In this document: in pieces, positions 47,517 through 57,267 of the stretch
Layout of the letters: every line of letters begins with the position of its first letter
Numbering within the stretch: position 1 is the first letter of the stretch
Assembly (NCBI GenBank): GCA_963795385.1
Contig: CAWCHK010000003.1
Location: forward strand, 198,717 to 262,716
DNA length: 64,000 nt
Reading direction: 5' to 3'
Origin: an uncultured Actinomycetota bacterium
GTDB taxonomy: Bacteria; Actinomycetota; Actinomycetes; Actinomycetales; CAVURS01
Notes under the pieces: generated by a model
The model's input: only the letters and a program-made list of their open reading frames with translations
Database searches by the model: none
Told to the model about the DNA's origin: nothing
Made by a program: the position numbers and the translations under genes

Positions 47517-49418
47517 ATGTCGCAGCTGAACGCGTACCGGGCCTTGCACGGCCTGACCCGCGACGGGAGTGTGGCTGAGCAGCGGCTCAAGCCGGGGACC
47601 ACCCGGCGGGTGTTCGCCTACGCCCGGCCGTACAAGCGCGCCATCATCGGCTTCCTGCTGCTGGCCGTCCTCGACTCGGCTCTGACCGTCGCCGTCCCGC
47701 TGATCCTGAGGTCGATCGTCGACGACGGGGTCACGCCCAAGCGGACCGACGTCGTCGTGGTGCTGGCTCTGATCGTGGCCGGGATCGCGGTGGTCGATGC
47801 GGTCGTCGGGCTGGTCCAGCGGTGGTTCTCGGCCCGGGTCGGCGAAGGCCTGATCTACGACCTGCGCACCGAGGTCTTCGTCCACGTGCAGCGGCAGCCG
47901 ATCGCCTTCTTCACCCGGACCCAGACCGGCTCCCTGGTGTCCCGGATCAACAGTGACGTCATGGGGGCGCAGCAGGCGTTCACCTCGACGTTGTCCGGCC
48001 TGGTGTCCAACGTCGTCTCGCTGGCCCTGGTCGCAGGCGCGATGTTCTTCCTGTCCTGGCAGATCACGGTGATCAGCCTGCTGCTGGTGCCGATCTTCCT
48101 CCTGCCGGCGCGCTACATGGGCCGCCGGCTGGCCGCCCTGACCCGGCAGCAGATGCAGCTCAACGCCGAGCTCGGCGGGCGGACGACGGAGCGGTTCAAC
48201 GTCGCGGGAGCGTTGCTGGTCAAGCTGTTCGGCCGTCCGGCGGACGAGGAGCGCGAGTACCGCCAGCGCGCGGCCGGGGTCCGTGACGCCGGCATCAAGA
48301 TCGCGATGAACAGCCGCGTCTTCTACACCTCGCTGCTCCTGGTGGCGAGCCTCGCCACTGCAGTCGTGTACGGCGTGGGCGGCGTGCTCGCGGTCCACGG
48401 CTCGTTCTCGGTCGGGACGCTGCTCGCACTGGCCGCGCTGATGGGCCGCCTCTACGGGCCGATCACCGCGCTGACCAACGTTCGGGTCGACGTGATGACG
48501 GCGATGGTGTCGTTCGAGCGGGTCTTCGAGGTCCTCGACCTCCAGCCGCTCGTCGTCGAGGCGCCGGACGCGACCGCGCTGCCGGACGGTCCCGTGTCGG
48601 TCGACCTGGAGGGCGTGCACTTCAGCTACCCCTCGGCCGACGAGGTCTCCCTGGAGTCGCTGGAGCTCGTGTCGGCCGGTGACCGCAAGGGCAGCGGGGA
48701 GGTGCTGCACGGCATCGACCTGCACGTCGAGCCGGGGCAGCTGGTGGCCCTCGTCGGGCCCAGCGGGGCGGGCAAGACGACGATCACCGGCCTGGTCGCG
48801 CGCCTCTACGACCCCACGTCGGGCGCGGTGCTGCTCGACGGTCAGGACCTGCGCCAGGTGAGCCTGGACTCGTTGCGGGAGAAGGTCGGCGTCGTCACCC
48901 AGGACGCCCACATGTTCCACGACACCATCCGGGCCAACCTGGCCTACGCCCGGCCCGACGCCACCGAGGCCGACCTGGAGCGCGTGCTCCGCTCGGCCCA
49001 GATCTGGGACCTGGTCGAGTCGCTGCCGCGCGGGGTCGACACCGTCGTCGGCGACCGGGGTCACCGGCTGTCCGGCGGCGAGAAGCAGCGGCTGGCGATC
49101 GCCCGGCTGCTGCTGAAGTCACCTGGCCTCGTCGTCCTCGACGAGGCCACCGCCCACCTGGACAGCGAGTCCGAGGTCGCCGTCCAGCGGGCCCTGGACA
49201 CCGCACTGGCCGGCCGTACGGCGCTGGTCATCGCCCACCGGCTCTCGACCGTGCGGGGGGCCGACCTGATCGCCGTCATCGAGGACGGCCGGGTCGTGCA
49301 GACCGGCCGGCACGAGGAGCTCTTGGCCCGGGGCGGCCTCTACGCCGACCTGTACGCCACCCAGTTTGCCCCAAGAGCGCATAACAGCGAAGACGAGTCG
49401 CTGACTTCAGTGAGTTGA
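47517..49418 (+). CDS. ABC exporter, fused TMD-NBD (MsbA/MdlB-like)
   Basis: Six N-terminal TM segments. GPSGAGKTT, LSGGEKQRLAIARLL, VVLDEATAHLD. The last 17 or so codons have atypical A/T-ending codon usage. Confidence 0.9.
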   Translation: MSQLNAYRALHGLTRDGSVAEQRLKPGTTRRVFAYARPYKRAIIGFLLLAVLDSALTVAVPLILRSIVDDGVTPKRTDVVVVLALIVAGIAVVDAVVGLVQRWFSARVGEGLIYDLRTEVFVHVQRQPIAFFTRTQTGSLVSRINSDVMGAQQAFTSTLSGLVSNVVSLALVAGAMFFLSWQITVISLLLVPIFLLPARYMGRRLAALTRQQMQLNAELGGRTTERFNVAGALLVKLFGRPADEEREYRQRAAGVRDAGIKIAMNSRVFYTSLLLVASLATAVVYGVGGVLAVHGSFSVGTLLALAALMGRLYGPITALTNVRVDVMTAMVSFERVFEVLDLQPLVVEAPDATALPDGPVSVDLEGVHFSYPSADEVSLESLELVSAGDRKGSGEVLHGIDLHVEPGQLVALVGPSGAGKTTITGLVARLYDPTSGAVLLDGQDLRQVSLDSLREKVGVVTQDAHMFHDTIRANLAYARPDATEADLERVLRSAQIWDLVESLPRGVDTVVGDRGHRLSGGEKQRLAIARLLLKSPGLVVLDEATAHLDSESEVAVQRALDTALAGRTALVIAHRLSTVRGADLIAVIEDGRVVQTGRHEELLARGGLYADLYATQFAPRAHNSEDESLTSVS

Positions 49419-49478
49419 GCCCTCCGAAAGCCTCGTCTAGTCCGCCCGGTCCCTCGCTCGCCAAGAGATGATGCTGGG

Positions 49479-49758
49479 ATGACTGACGAACTCAGCGATG
49501 CTGACCTTCGCGCCATCGAGTCCCGTTGCGCGGAGGCTTCGCCGGGTCCCTGGACTTCCTACGTCGAGGGTCGCGACCACATGTCGGGCGACGACTTCAT
49601 CCGGGTGAGCGAGGACGACGACGAGCCCGACATGTACGTGTCTAGGGCGGTGACAGGAGCCGTGATCCCGGCATCGACGGCCGACCTCGACTTCATCGCT
49701 CATGCGCGTCAGGACGTCCCTGCGGCTCATTGCCGAAATTCGCCGACTTCGTGCTTAG
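49479..49758 (+). pseudogene. Small Ea22-like hypothetical protein (PGPW motif), 1-nt frameshift near the 3' end as assembled
   Basis: MTDELSDADLRAIESRCAEASPGPW...ADLDFIAHARQDVP. Removing one g at about 49722 gives ...ALIAEIRRLRA-stop (tag 49756-49758). Without that edit the ORF runs 369 aa antisense through the SURF1 gene. Codon usage has low GC3. Confidence 0.55.
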
Positions 49759-49925
49759 CAGCCGTAACGCGCCCAGTCCCAATCGATCTCGCGCCGTTAC
49801 TGCCTACCGCAATGGATTCCGTACGCAGTTCGCCGGCCAGGGTCTGCGCGAGGCACCGGCGCCGGCCTGACCGGTCGACCGGCCCGAGCTCTTCGCGCGA
49901 TCGCCCGGGCGCGTCGAGTCACTCC

Positions 49926-50759
49926 TCACTCGTCCTCCTCGTCCCAGATCCGGGTCCGCCGGCGCCTGGGCACGGTGACCGCCACGGACTCCGGGTGCAG
50001 CACGGCCCGCTCGGCCGCCTCGTCCTCGGCCTGCAGCCGCCGCCGGCGCCGCAGGAAGAGGAACGGGAAGGCCAGCGCGGCCACTGCGAACAGCCCCCAC
50101 TGGAAGGCGTACGACAGGTTGACGCCCCAGTAGCCACCGTCGTCCGGCTCGGGCAGCAGGTTCGGCAGGGCGGCCGGCGCGGGCACCTGGCTCGACAGCA
50201 CGCCGTACGCCCGGAGCAGCGGCTGCCCCGTCTGGGCGGCGATCCGGTCCAGGTCGATGCTGGCGAACTGGCCGGCGGGCAGCGTGCCGCTCTTGGCCGC
50301 CTCGCCCGGCTGCAGGTGGGCCACGATGCTCACCGGCCCCGGCGGCAGCGCAGGCACCGAGTCCGGCGCATCGCCGGTCTGCCCGCTGGGGATCCAGCCG
50401 CGGTCGACCAGCAGCGCCGGTCCGCCGGACGCCGGGACCAGTGGAGCGAGCACCTCGTACCCGTACGCCCCCTCGAACGGCCGGTTGCGGACCAGGACCT
50501 GGCGCTCCGCGTCGTACCGGCCGCTGACCCTGACCGGGCGCCAGACGTCCTTCGGGGACAGCGGCGAGGCCGGGCCCGCGAGCAATGACCCGACGGTCAC
50601 CGGAGCCGAGCGGTAGTTGCGGCCGACGAGGTGGTCCGCGGCGTACTTGTCCTGGAAGCGGTGGTACTGCCAGCGGCCGAGGAAGACGCAGGCGATGGCG
50701 AAGACGACAGCGATGGCGAGCAGGCCGGCCAGCTCGCGGCGCTGCTCCTTCACGCCCAC
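49926..50759 (-). CDS. SURF1-family cytochrome oxidase assembly protein
   Basis: N-terminal TM plus LGRWQYHRF, LVDRGWIP, and C-terminal YAFQWGLFAVAAL. Confidence 0.85.
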   Translation of the reverse strand: MGVKEQRRELAGLLAIAVVFAIACVFLGRWQYHRFQDKYAADHLVGRNYRSAPVTVGSLLAGPASPLSPKDVWRPVRVSGRYDAERQVLVRNRPFEGAYGYEVLAPLVPASGGPALLVDRGWIPSGQTGDAPDSVPALPPGPVSIVAHLQPGEAAKSGTLPAGQFASIDLDRIAAQTGQPLLRAYGVLSSQVPAPAALPNLLPEPDDGGYWGVNLSYAFQWGLFAVAALAFPFLFLRRRRRLQAEDEAAERAVLHPESVAVTVPRRRRTRIWDEEDE

Positions 50760-50858
50760 GACTCCTCCAACGCCGACAGCTCCCTCATGCCCCGACGGTA
50801 ACCGCCGGGCCCGGTCGCCGACCGGCGCGGTCCGGGAACGGCACCGTAGGCTGGCGAG

Positions 50859-51890
50859 GTGACCGTCCAGCTCCCGCCGCCGTCCGCGCGCATCACCGCG
50901 GGAGCGCTCTCCGACCGCTACGGCCGGGTGGCCACGGACCTGCGGGTGTCAGTCACCGACCGCTGCAACCTGCGATGCACCTACTGCATGCCGGCCGAGG
51001 GCCTGGACTGGCTGCCCAAGCCGGAGCTGCTGACCTTCGAGGAGATGGCCCGCCTGGTCGGCGTCGCCGTCTCCCTGGGAGTCACCGACGTCCGGCTCAC
51101 CGGGGGAGAGCCGCTGCTGCGGCGGGGGCTGCCGGACCTGGTGGCGATGCTGGCCGCGCTGCCGCACCGACCGCGGATCGCCATGACGACCAACGGGCTC
51201 GGGCTGGACCGGCTGGCCGCACCGCTGGCTGCGGCCGGCCTGGATCGGGTGAACGTCAGCCTCGACACCATCGACCGCCGGACGTTCGAGACCCTGACCC
51301 GCCGCGACCGGCTGGGAGACGTGGTCGCCGGCCTGGAGGCGGCCGCCGCGGCCGGCCTGCAGCCGGTCAAGATCAACGCCGTCGCGATGCGTGGCGTCAA
51401 CGACGAGCAGGTCGCCGACCTGCTGGCCTGGTCGGTGGAGCGGGGCTACGAGCTGCGGTTCATCGAGCAGATGCCGCTCGACGCCCAGCACGCCTGGCAG
51501 CGCGAGCAGATGGTCACCGCCGACGAGATCCTGCAACGGCTCGGCGAGCGGTTCGACCTCGCGCCGGAGCCGGACGCCGAGCGGGGCAGCGCGCCCGCGC
51601 AGACCTGGCTGGTCGACGGGGGTCCGGCCCGGGTCGGCGTCATCGCCAGCGTGAGCCGGCCGTTCTGCGGCGCCTGCGATCGGATGCGGCTCACCGCCGA
51701 CGGTCAGCTGCGCTCGTGCCTTTTCGCCCGGACCGAGTCGGACCTGCGGGCGCCGCTGCGCGAAGGCGCGACCGACGCTGAGCTGGCCGACCGGATGCGG
51801 CGGCTGATGGCGACCAAGCTGGCCGGCCATGGCATCGACGACCCGGGCTTCCTGCAGCCGGACCGGCCGATGTCGGCCATCGGCGGCTGA
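50859..51890 (+). CDS. moaA: GTP 3',8-cyclase (molybdenum cofactor biosynthesis protein A)
   Basis: Radical-SAM CNLRCTYCMP, LTGGEPLLR, and the C-terminal cluster FCGACDRMRLTADGQLRSCLF. Confidence 0.93.
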   Translation: MTVQLPPPSARITAGALSDRYGRVATDLRVSVTDRCNLRCTYCMPAEGLDWLPKPELLTFEEMARLVGVAVSLGVTDVRLTGGEPLLRRGLPDLVAMLAALPHRPRIAMTTNGLGLDRLAAPLAAAGLDRVNVSLDTIDRRTFETLTRRDRLGDVVAGLEAAAAAGLQPVKINAVAMRGVNDEQVADLLAWSVERGYELRFIEQMPLDAQHAWQREQMVTADEILQRLGERFDLAPEPDAERGSAPAQTWLVDGGPARVGVIASVSRPFCGACDRMRLTADGQLRSCLFARTESDLRAPLREGATDAELADRMRRLMATKLAGHGIDDPGFLQPDRPMSAIGG

Positions 51891-51923
51891 GGCATCCAGG
51901 CGTCCGACCCTCGTACGTGGCGA

Positions 51924-52115
51924 TCAGTCGGGCTTGAGCTCGCTGACCGGGACGGTCTCGCGCAGGAAGCCCCGCACGGTCAGGAACGCCTCGAGCGACT
52001 CCCGGTGCTCCCCGCAGGCCAGCCAGGTCTTGCGACGGTCGGGGGTGTGCAGCTTCGGGTTGTTCCACTTCAGGCCCCAGGAGGCCGACGAGCGGCAGCC
52101 GCGAGCGCTGCACAT
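51924..52115 (-). CDS. Small Cys/His-containing hypothetical protein (possible zinc ribbon)
   Basis: MCSARGCRSSASWGLKWNNPKLHTPDRRKTWLACGEHRESLEAFLTVRGFL. C-x4-C ... C-x3-H pattern with good GC3. The start could instead be GTG 52169. Confidence 0.5.
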   Translation of the reverse strand: MCSARGCRSSASWGLKWNNPKLHTPDRRKTWLACGEHRESLEAFLTVRGFLRETVPVSELKPD

Positions 52116-52165
52116 CAGGCTCAGGCTGGAGTCGGCGCGCACGGTCGGCTCCCCGGGGAAGATGC

Positions 52166-52492
52166 TCACGGCGTGCCGGGCCGGGTGCCGTCGCCGAGGT
52201 TCTTGCGCTCGGCCGAGCCGAGCCTGCTCTGCTCCGGGACGTACGCCGTCGGGGCGGCCCCGGCGCCCGATCCGACCGCGTTGGCCATGACCACGGCGAT
52301 GTACGGCAGCACGAGCGCCGCCGAGACGAACACCCAGCGCAGCGGGCCGTGCACCACGACGGCCAGGACGAAGCAGAGGGTCCGGATCGACATCGAGATG
52401 AGGTAGCGCTTCTGGCGCTGCTTGAGATCGTCGCTCGACCCCCGGCGTGCCTCGGTCACCGAGTAGACCGGCTGCTGCGGGGGGCGGCTCAC
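52166..52492 (-). CDS. DUF3099-like small membrane protein
   Basis: VYSVTEARRGSSDDLKQRQKRYLISMSIRTLCFVLAVVV...WVFVSAALVLPYIAVVMAN. Two TM helices after a basic stretch. GTG start at 52492. Confidence 0.65.
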   Translation of the reverse strand: MSRPPQQPVYSVTEARRGSSDDLKQRQKRYLISMSIRTLCFVLAVVVHGPLRWVFVSAALVLPYIAVVMANAVGSGAGAAPTAYVPEQSRLGSAERKNLGDGTRPGTP

Positions 52493-52569
52493 AACCCCAC
52501 GGTACGCGCCCGGAGGGCACCCGCGACCGCCTGAGGCGATTCGGCTTCCGACGACCTTGAGACTCGCGC

Positions 52570-53955
52570 CTAGGAGGCCGGGCTGACGCTCGACATGTTG
52601 AAGCCCGAGACCCGGATCGGAGGCATCGCCGTGCGCTGGAAGTACGTCCCGAACTCCCGCCCGACCGTCGGCGCGCTCTGTCCCACGGCCTCGACCCGGC
52701 CCAGCATGTCGATGGGGCTCTCGTTGAACCGGAAGTTGGTCACGGCCCCGACGACCTCGCCGCCCTGGACGCGATACACGCCGTCGCGGGTCAGGCCGGT
52801 CAGCAGCAGGGTGCGCGGGTCGACCTCGCGGATGTACCACATGCAGGTCAGCAGCAGGCCGTCGTCGAGGTCGGCCACCAGGTCGCTCAGGCTGGCCGAG
52901 CCGTCCGGCGTCGCCAGCGACAGGTTGCTCACCATCGGGTGCAGGGGCAGGCCGGTCAGGGCGGCGGTGTACCGCGTCGTCGGCAGGGCCGACAGCACGC
53001 CCTGGTCGACCCACAGGCAGGGCGGCGTGGCCAGGCCGTTGTCGAAGACCGACCCGAGCTCGCTGCTGTTCTCGACCATGACGTACGGCGCGCACTCGAG
53101 TCCCGGCGTGCCCGGATCGCTCCACAGCGTGAGCGGCACCTCGGTCAGCCGCTCGCCGACCCGGGTGCCACCGCCCGGCTTGCCGAAGACCGAGCGTCCC
53201 TCGTGCGCGGTGCGGGCGCCCGCCGACCAGTACGCGTAGGTCATCAGGTCGGCGACGGCGCTAGGCGGCAGCACGGTGTCGTACCGGCCGGCGGACAGCT
53301 CCAGCTGCCGCGCCTGCCAGCCGAGCCGCTCGTCCACATCGGCCGACAGCGCCGCGACGTCCACGTCGGAGAGCTGCCGGGCTCCGGCGCCGGCCCAGGC
53401 CGACCGCGTCCGCGCCGCTGCCTTGGCGTTGACCTCCGCGCGGGCGGTGGGCTGCACGAACCGCGTCCGCAGCCCGGTGCTGGACGCCAGGTAGGCCGTC
53501 GCCAGTGACTCCTCGGCGTAGCCGAAGAGCTCCTGATCGGCCGCCGACGCTCGCCCGATCGCCTCGCCGAGAGCGTCCGCGAACGACGACAGGGCGCCGA
53601 CCTCCAGGGTGGCCGGGAGCTCGGCGAAGTCGTCCTCCGCGCGCCCGGACACCAATGGCGCGGCGTCCTCGGCCGGCGCGGCCTCGGCGGCCTCCGCCTC
53701 CGCCTCGGCCACCAGCCCGGCGACGTCGTCGGCCTGCACGCCACCACGGCGTACGACGCCCGACGACGTGCCGCCCGCCGCCTCGTGCGTCGCGATGACC
53801 GTCACCGTCTGGGTGCTGCTCAGACCGTTGGTGGTCAACGTGTTCGAGGCCCAGCGCAGGTTGGCGGTGGTCGCCGACTCGACGATGACGACGCACGGGC
53901 CGGTCGCGGCCTCGAGGGCTCGCTCGGCCAGGATGTGGGGAGCTGCGTCGCTCAC
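52570..53955 (-). CDS. PmbA/TldE-family metallopeptidase partner subunit
   Basis: TldD/PmbA fold features (ANLRWASNTLT, GLLLTCMWYIREVDP, NFRFNESP). The GTG at 53955 overlaps the tldD stop (GTGA). Confidence 0.8.
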   Translation of the reverse strand: MSDAAPHILAERALEAATGPCVVIVESATTANLRWASNTLTTNGLSSTQTVTVIATHEAAGGTSSGVVRRGGVQADDVAGLVAEAEAEAAEAAPAEDAAPLVSGRAEDDFAELPATLEVGALSSFADALGEAIGRASAADQELFGYAEESLATAYLASSTGLRTRFVQPTARAEVNAKAAARTRSAWAGAGARQLSDVDVAALSADVDERLGWQARQLELSAGRYDTVLPPSAVADLMTYAYWSAGARTAHEGRSVFGKPGGGTRVGERLTEVPLTLWSDPGTPGLECAPYVMVENSSELGSVFDNGLATPPCLWVDQGVLSALPTTRYTAALTGLPLHPMVSNLSLATPDGSASLSDLVADLDDGLLLTCMWYIREVDPRTLLLTGLTRDGVYRVQGGEVVGAVTNFRFNESPIDMLGRVEAVGQSAPTVGREFGTYFQRTAMPPIRVSGFNMSSVSPAS

Positions 53956-55481
53956 GCGCGTCCCTCCTCGTTGGTGTTGAGAATTCGCACCTGGCGGAAG
54001 GTTGCCGATGGACAACCGTGGCTCACGGCCGCGATCTGACCCGGCTGGCCCTTGCCGCAGTTGAACGCACCGCCCAGCAGGTAGGTCTGCGGGCCGCCGA
54101 TCCGCACCATCGAGCGCCAGAAGTCGGTGGTGGTCGCCTGGTAGGCCGCGTCGCGCAGCTGGCCGACGAGGCGACCGTGCTCGATCCGGTAGAACCGCTG
54201 CCCGGTGAACTGGAAGTTGTAGCGCTGCATGTCGATCGACCACGACTTGTCGCCCATGACGTAGATGCCGCGGTCCACCCCCGAGATCAGCTCGTCGGTG
54301 GACGGCCCGTCGGCCGCCGGCTGCAGGTTGACATTGGCCATCCGCTGGATCGGCACGTGCGAGGACGAGTCGGCGAAGGCGCAGCCGTTCGAGCGGGAGA
54401 CCCCGGTCCGCTCGGCGTTCTGCCGGGCCATGGCGCGGTCCAGCTGGTAGCCGACCAGCGTGCCGTCGCGGATGATGTCCCAGGCCTGGGTCTCCACCCC
54501 CTCGTCGTCGTACCCGGTCGTGGCCAGCCCGTGCTCCGCCGTACGGTCGCCGGTCACGTGCATGACGTCGCTGCCGTAGCGCAGCGTCCCGAGCTGGTCG
54601 ATGGTCGCGAACGACGTGCCGGCGTACGCCGCCTCGTAGCCGAGGGCCCGGTCCAGCTCGGTCGCGTGGCCGATCGACTCGTGGATGGTCAGCCAGAGGT
54701 TGGTCGGGTCGATCACCAGGTCGTAGGCGCCGGACTCGACGCTGGGGGCCTTGAGCTTCTCGACGGCGAGCTCGGGCAGCGTGGCCAGCTCCTCGTCCCA
54801 GGCCCAGGCGCCCTGCTCGGGGGTGCCGGCGAGGTACTCCCAGCCGCGGCCCGTGCCGGGAGCGAGGGTCCGCATCGTCTCGACCGACTCGCTGCTGGCC
54901 ACGACCACCGTGACGTCGGGATTGATCCGGACCCGCTGCTGCAGGGTCGAGCTGCCGGCCAGGTCGGCGTAGAACTTCTGCTCCTTGACCGCGGCCACTG
55001 CGGCCTCGACGTGGTCGGCGCCCGATCCCATCAGGCGGCTGGACCAGGTTGCGAGCAGGTCGGCCCGCTCGGCCGCCGGGATGTCGAAGGGGTCGACGTC
55101 GTACGCCGACACCCACTGGGCGTTCGCGTGGACCGGCTCGTCGGCCAGCTCGACCCGCTCGCTCGCCAGCGGCGTGCTCACCCGCGCCATCGCGACCGCC
55201 TGCTCGGCGGCCCGCACGGCCGCGTCCGGGCTCAGCTCCGCCGCGGCCGCGAAGCCCCAGACCCCGTCCACCAGGACCCGGACCGCGAGCCCGGTGTCGG
55301 TGTCGTCGCCGGAGGAGGCCAGCCGGGCGTCGCGCAGGTGGACCGACCCCGTCCGGACGCGCTCGACCCGGAGGTCGGCGTGGCCGGCACCGAGGTCACG
55401 GGCCCGCGAGAGCGCCGCGTCGGCCAGCGGGCTGAGGGGGAGTGCGGCGAAGTCCTCGTCGACCGTTCGCTCGTTGCTCAC
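53952..55481 (-). CDS. tldD: TldD-family metalloprotease
   Basis: HESIGHATELD (HExxxH) and GGPQTYLLGGAFNCGKGQPGQ. 509-aa intact ORF. Confidence 0.88.
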   Translation of the reverse strand: MSNERTVDEDFAALPLSPLADAALSRARDLGAGHADLRVERVRTGSVHLRDARLASSGDDTDTGLAVRVLVDGVWGFAAAAELSPDAAVRAAEQAVAMARVSTPLASERVELADEPVHANAQWVSAYDVDPFDIPAAERADLLATWSSRLMGSGADHVEAAVAAVKEQKFYADLAGSSTLQQRVRINPDVTVVVASSESVETMRTLAPGTGRGWEYLAGTPEQGAWAWDEELATLPELAVEKLKAPSVESGAYDLVIDPTNLWLTIHESIGHATELDRALGYEAAYAGTSFATIDQLGTLRYGSDVMHVTGDRTAEHGLATTGYDDEGVETQAWDIIRDGTLVGYQLDRAMARQNAERTGVSRSNGCAFADSSSHVPIQRMANVNLQPAADGPSTDELISGVDRGIYVMGDKSWSIDMQRYNFQFTGQRFYRIEHGRLVGQLRDAAYQATTTDFWRSMVRIGGPQTYLLGGAFNCGKGQPGQIAAVSHGCPSATFRQVRILNTNEEGRA

Positions 55482-56452
55482 GGGCCAAAACTACCGACAT
55501 CGAGGACGAGCTTCCCTGTCGTACGTCGCGAGCGGAGGTCCTCGTGCGCCCGCCGGGCGTCGGCCAGGGGGTAGTGCCCGCCGTCGACGACCCTCAGTCC
55601 TCCGCTGGCCGCCAGGGACAGCAGCTCGTCCATGGCCGGCCCCAGTCCCTCCGGCCGGCGCAGGCAGTGGACCAGCCAGAAGCCGATGACGGCCCGGCTG
55701 GTCCCCAGCAGCTCGCCCGGCTTGACCGGTGCGGGTGAGCGACGCGAGGCCAGGCCGTAGATCACGAGCCGGCCGAAGGGCGCGAGCGCGGCCAGCGACC
55801 CGTCGAAGACCGGGCCGCCGGTCATCTCCAGGACGATGTCGACCGGACGGCCGCCGTTCGCCGCGACCAGCGCCTGGCGGACTCCCTGCGCGTCGAGGCC
55901 GGAGACGTCCACCGCGACGTGGGCTCCGAGACTGAGCGCGAGGTCCCGCTTCTCCGGCGACGACGCCGTGGCGATCACCCGGCCGGCGCCCCAGGTGCGG
56001 GCGAGCTGCACCGCCAGGCTGCCGACGCCGCCGCCAGCGGAATGGACCACGACCGACTCCCCGAGGCGCAGGTGCGCGCTGGTCCGCAGGAGGTGCCAGG
56101 CGGTCGTCCCCTGCACGACGAGAGCCAGCGCGGTCAGGTCGTCGACGGCGTCCGGCAGGGGGAACGTCACGGCCGGGTGGGCGAGGGCCTTCTCGGCGTA
56201 CCCGCCTCCGCCGGCCAGCAGGGCCACCACCCGCCGCCCGTCGGGGTCGCGGCCGGCCACCTCGACGCCCGGCACGAGGGGGAGGTGCTGCGGGGCGAGG
56301 TAGCTGTTCTCCGCCTGGTGCGTATCTGCAAAATTCACCCCGGCGGTGGCGACGTCGATGAGGACGAGGGAGTCGCCCGGTGCCGGGTCGTCGACCTCGG
56401 CCAGCGTCAGCACCTCGGGGCCGCCGAACTCGGTGATCTGGATCGCGCGCAT
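55478..56452 (-). CDS. qor: NADPH:quinone oxidoreductase (zinc-type ADH superfamily)
   Basis: MRAIQITEFGGPEVL, VHSAGGGVGSLAVQLA. Its stop overlaps the tldD GTG. Confidence 0.8.
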   Translation of the reverse strand: MRAIQITEFGGPEVLTLAEVDDPAPGDSLVLIDVATAGVNFADTHQAENSYLAPQHLPLVPGVEVAGRDPDGRRVVALLAGGGGYAEKALAHPAVTFPLPDAVDDLTALALVVQGTTAWHLLRTSAHLRLGESVVVHSAGGGVGSLAVQLARTWGAGRVIATASSPEKRDLALSLGAHVAVDVSGLDAQGVRQALVAANGGRPVDIVLEMTGGPVFDGSLAALAPFGRLVIYGLASRRSPAPVKPGELLGTSRAVIGFWLVHCLRRPEGLGPAMDELLSLAASGGLRVVDGGHYPLADARRAHEDLRSRRTTGKLVLDVGSFGP

Positions 56453-56525
56453 CGCCGCAACCTATCTGCCGCGTTTGCCCGGCCGGGACTTCGGCCGGAC
56501 CGGGCCGAGCCGATAGCGTCGGCGC

Positions 56526-57266
56526 ATGCCTGAGACAGACGAGGCCCGGCCGCGCAGCGTGCTGGTCACCGGCGGGAACCGCGGGCTGGGTCACGCCATC
56601 GCCCGCAGCTTCCTCGCCGCCGGCGACAGGGTCGCCTTCACCTACCGCTCCGGCGAGCCGCCGGCCGACCTCGTCGACGCCGGAGGCTTGGCGGTGACGT
56701 GCGAGGTGACGGACACGGCTTCGGTCGACGCGGCGTTCGGCGAGGCGGAGGCGGCGCACGGCCCGGTCGAGGTGCTGGTGGCCAACGCCGGCATCACCCG
56801 CGACGGCCTGCTGATGCGGATGAGCGACGAGGACTACGACGACGTGGTGAACGCCAACCTGGGCGGTGCCTTCCGGTGCGTACGCCGCGCCAGCAAGGGC
56901 ATGATCCGGCTGCGCAAGGGCCGGATCGTGTTGATCTCCAGCGTGGTCGGTCTCTACGGCTCGGCCGGGCAGTCCAACTACGCCGCGTCCAAGGCCGGGC
57001 TGGTCGGCCTGGCCCGCTCGGTCACGCGCGAGCTCGGGGGCAGGGGCATCACGGCCAACGTCGTGGCGCCGGGCTTCATCGAGACCGACATGACGGCGGC
57101 GCTGGCGGAGGACCTGCAGAAGTCCTACCTGGCGGCCATCCCGGCCGGGCGGTTCGTCAGCGCGGCCGAGGTTGCGGAGGTCGTGCGCTTCGTGGCCAGC
57201 GACGCCGCGGCGTACATCAGCGGAGCCGTCGTCCCCGTCGACGGCGGTCTGGGAATGGGGCACTGA
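56526..57266 (+). CDS. fabG: 3-oxoacyl-ACP reductase (MabA/FabG1-like SDR)
   Basis: VLVTGGNRGLGHAIA, NAGITRD, YAASKAG. Immediately precedes the inhA-like gene, as in mycobacteria. Confidence 0.88.
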   Translation: MPETDEARPRSVLVTGGNRGLGHAIARSFLAAGDRVAFTYRSGEPPADLVDAGGLAVTCEVTDTASVDAAFGEAEAAHGPVEVLVANAGITRDGLLMRMSDEDYDDVVNANLGGAFRCVRRASKGMIRLRKGRIVLISSVVGLYGSAGQSNYAASKAGLVGLARSVTRELGGRGITANVVAPGFIETDMTAALAEDLQKSYLAAIPAGRFVSAAEVAEVVRFVASDAAAYISGAVVPVDGGLGMGH

Positions 57267-57267
57267 G

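Noticed and set aside
49479-50588. A 369-aa plus-strand ORF overlapping the SURF1 gene.
   Set aside because: Only the first 82 or so codons look coding. After a 1-nt shift near 49722 the ORF becomes Arg/Pro-rich and runs antisense to the well-supported SURF1 CDS. The corrected frame stops at 49758.
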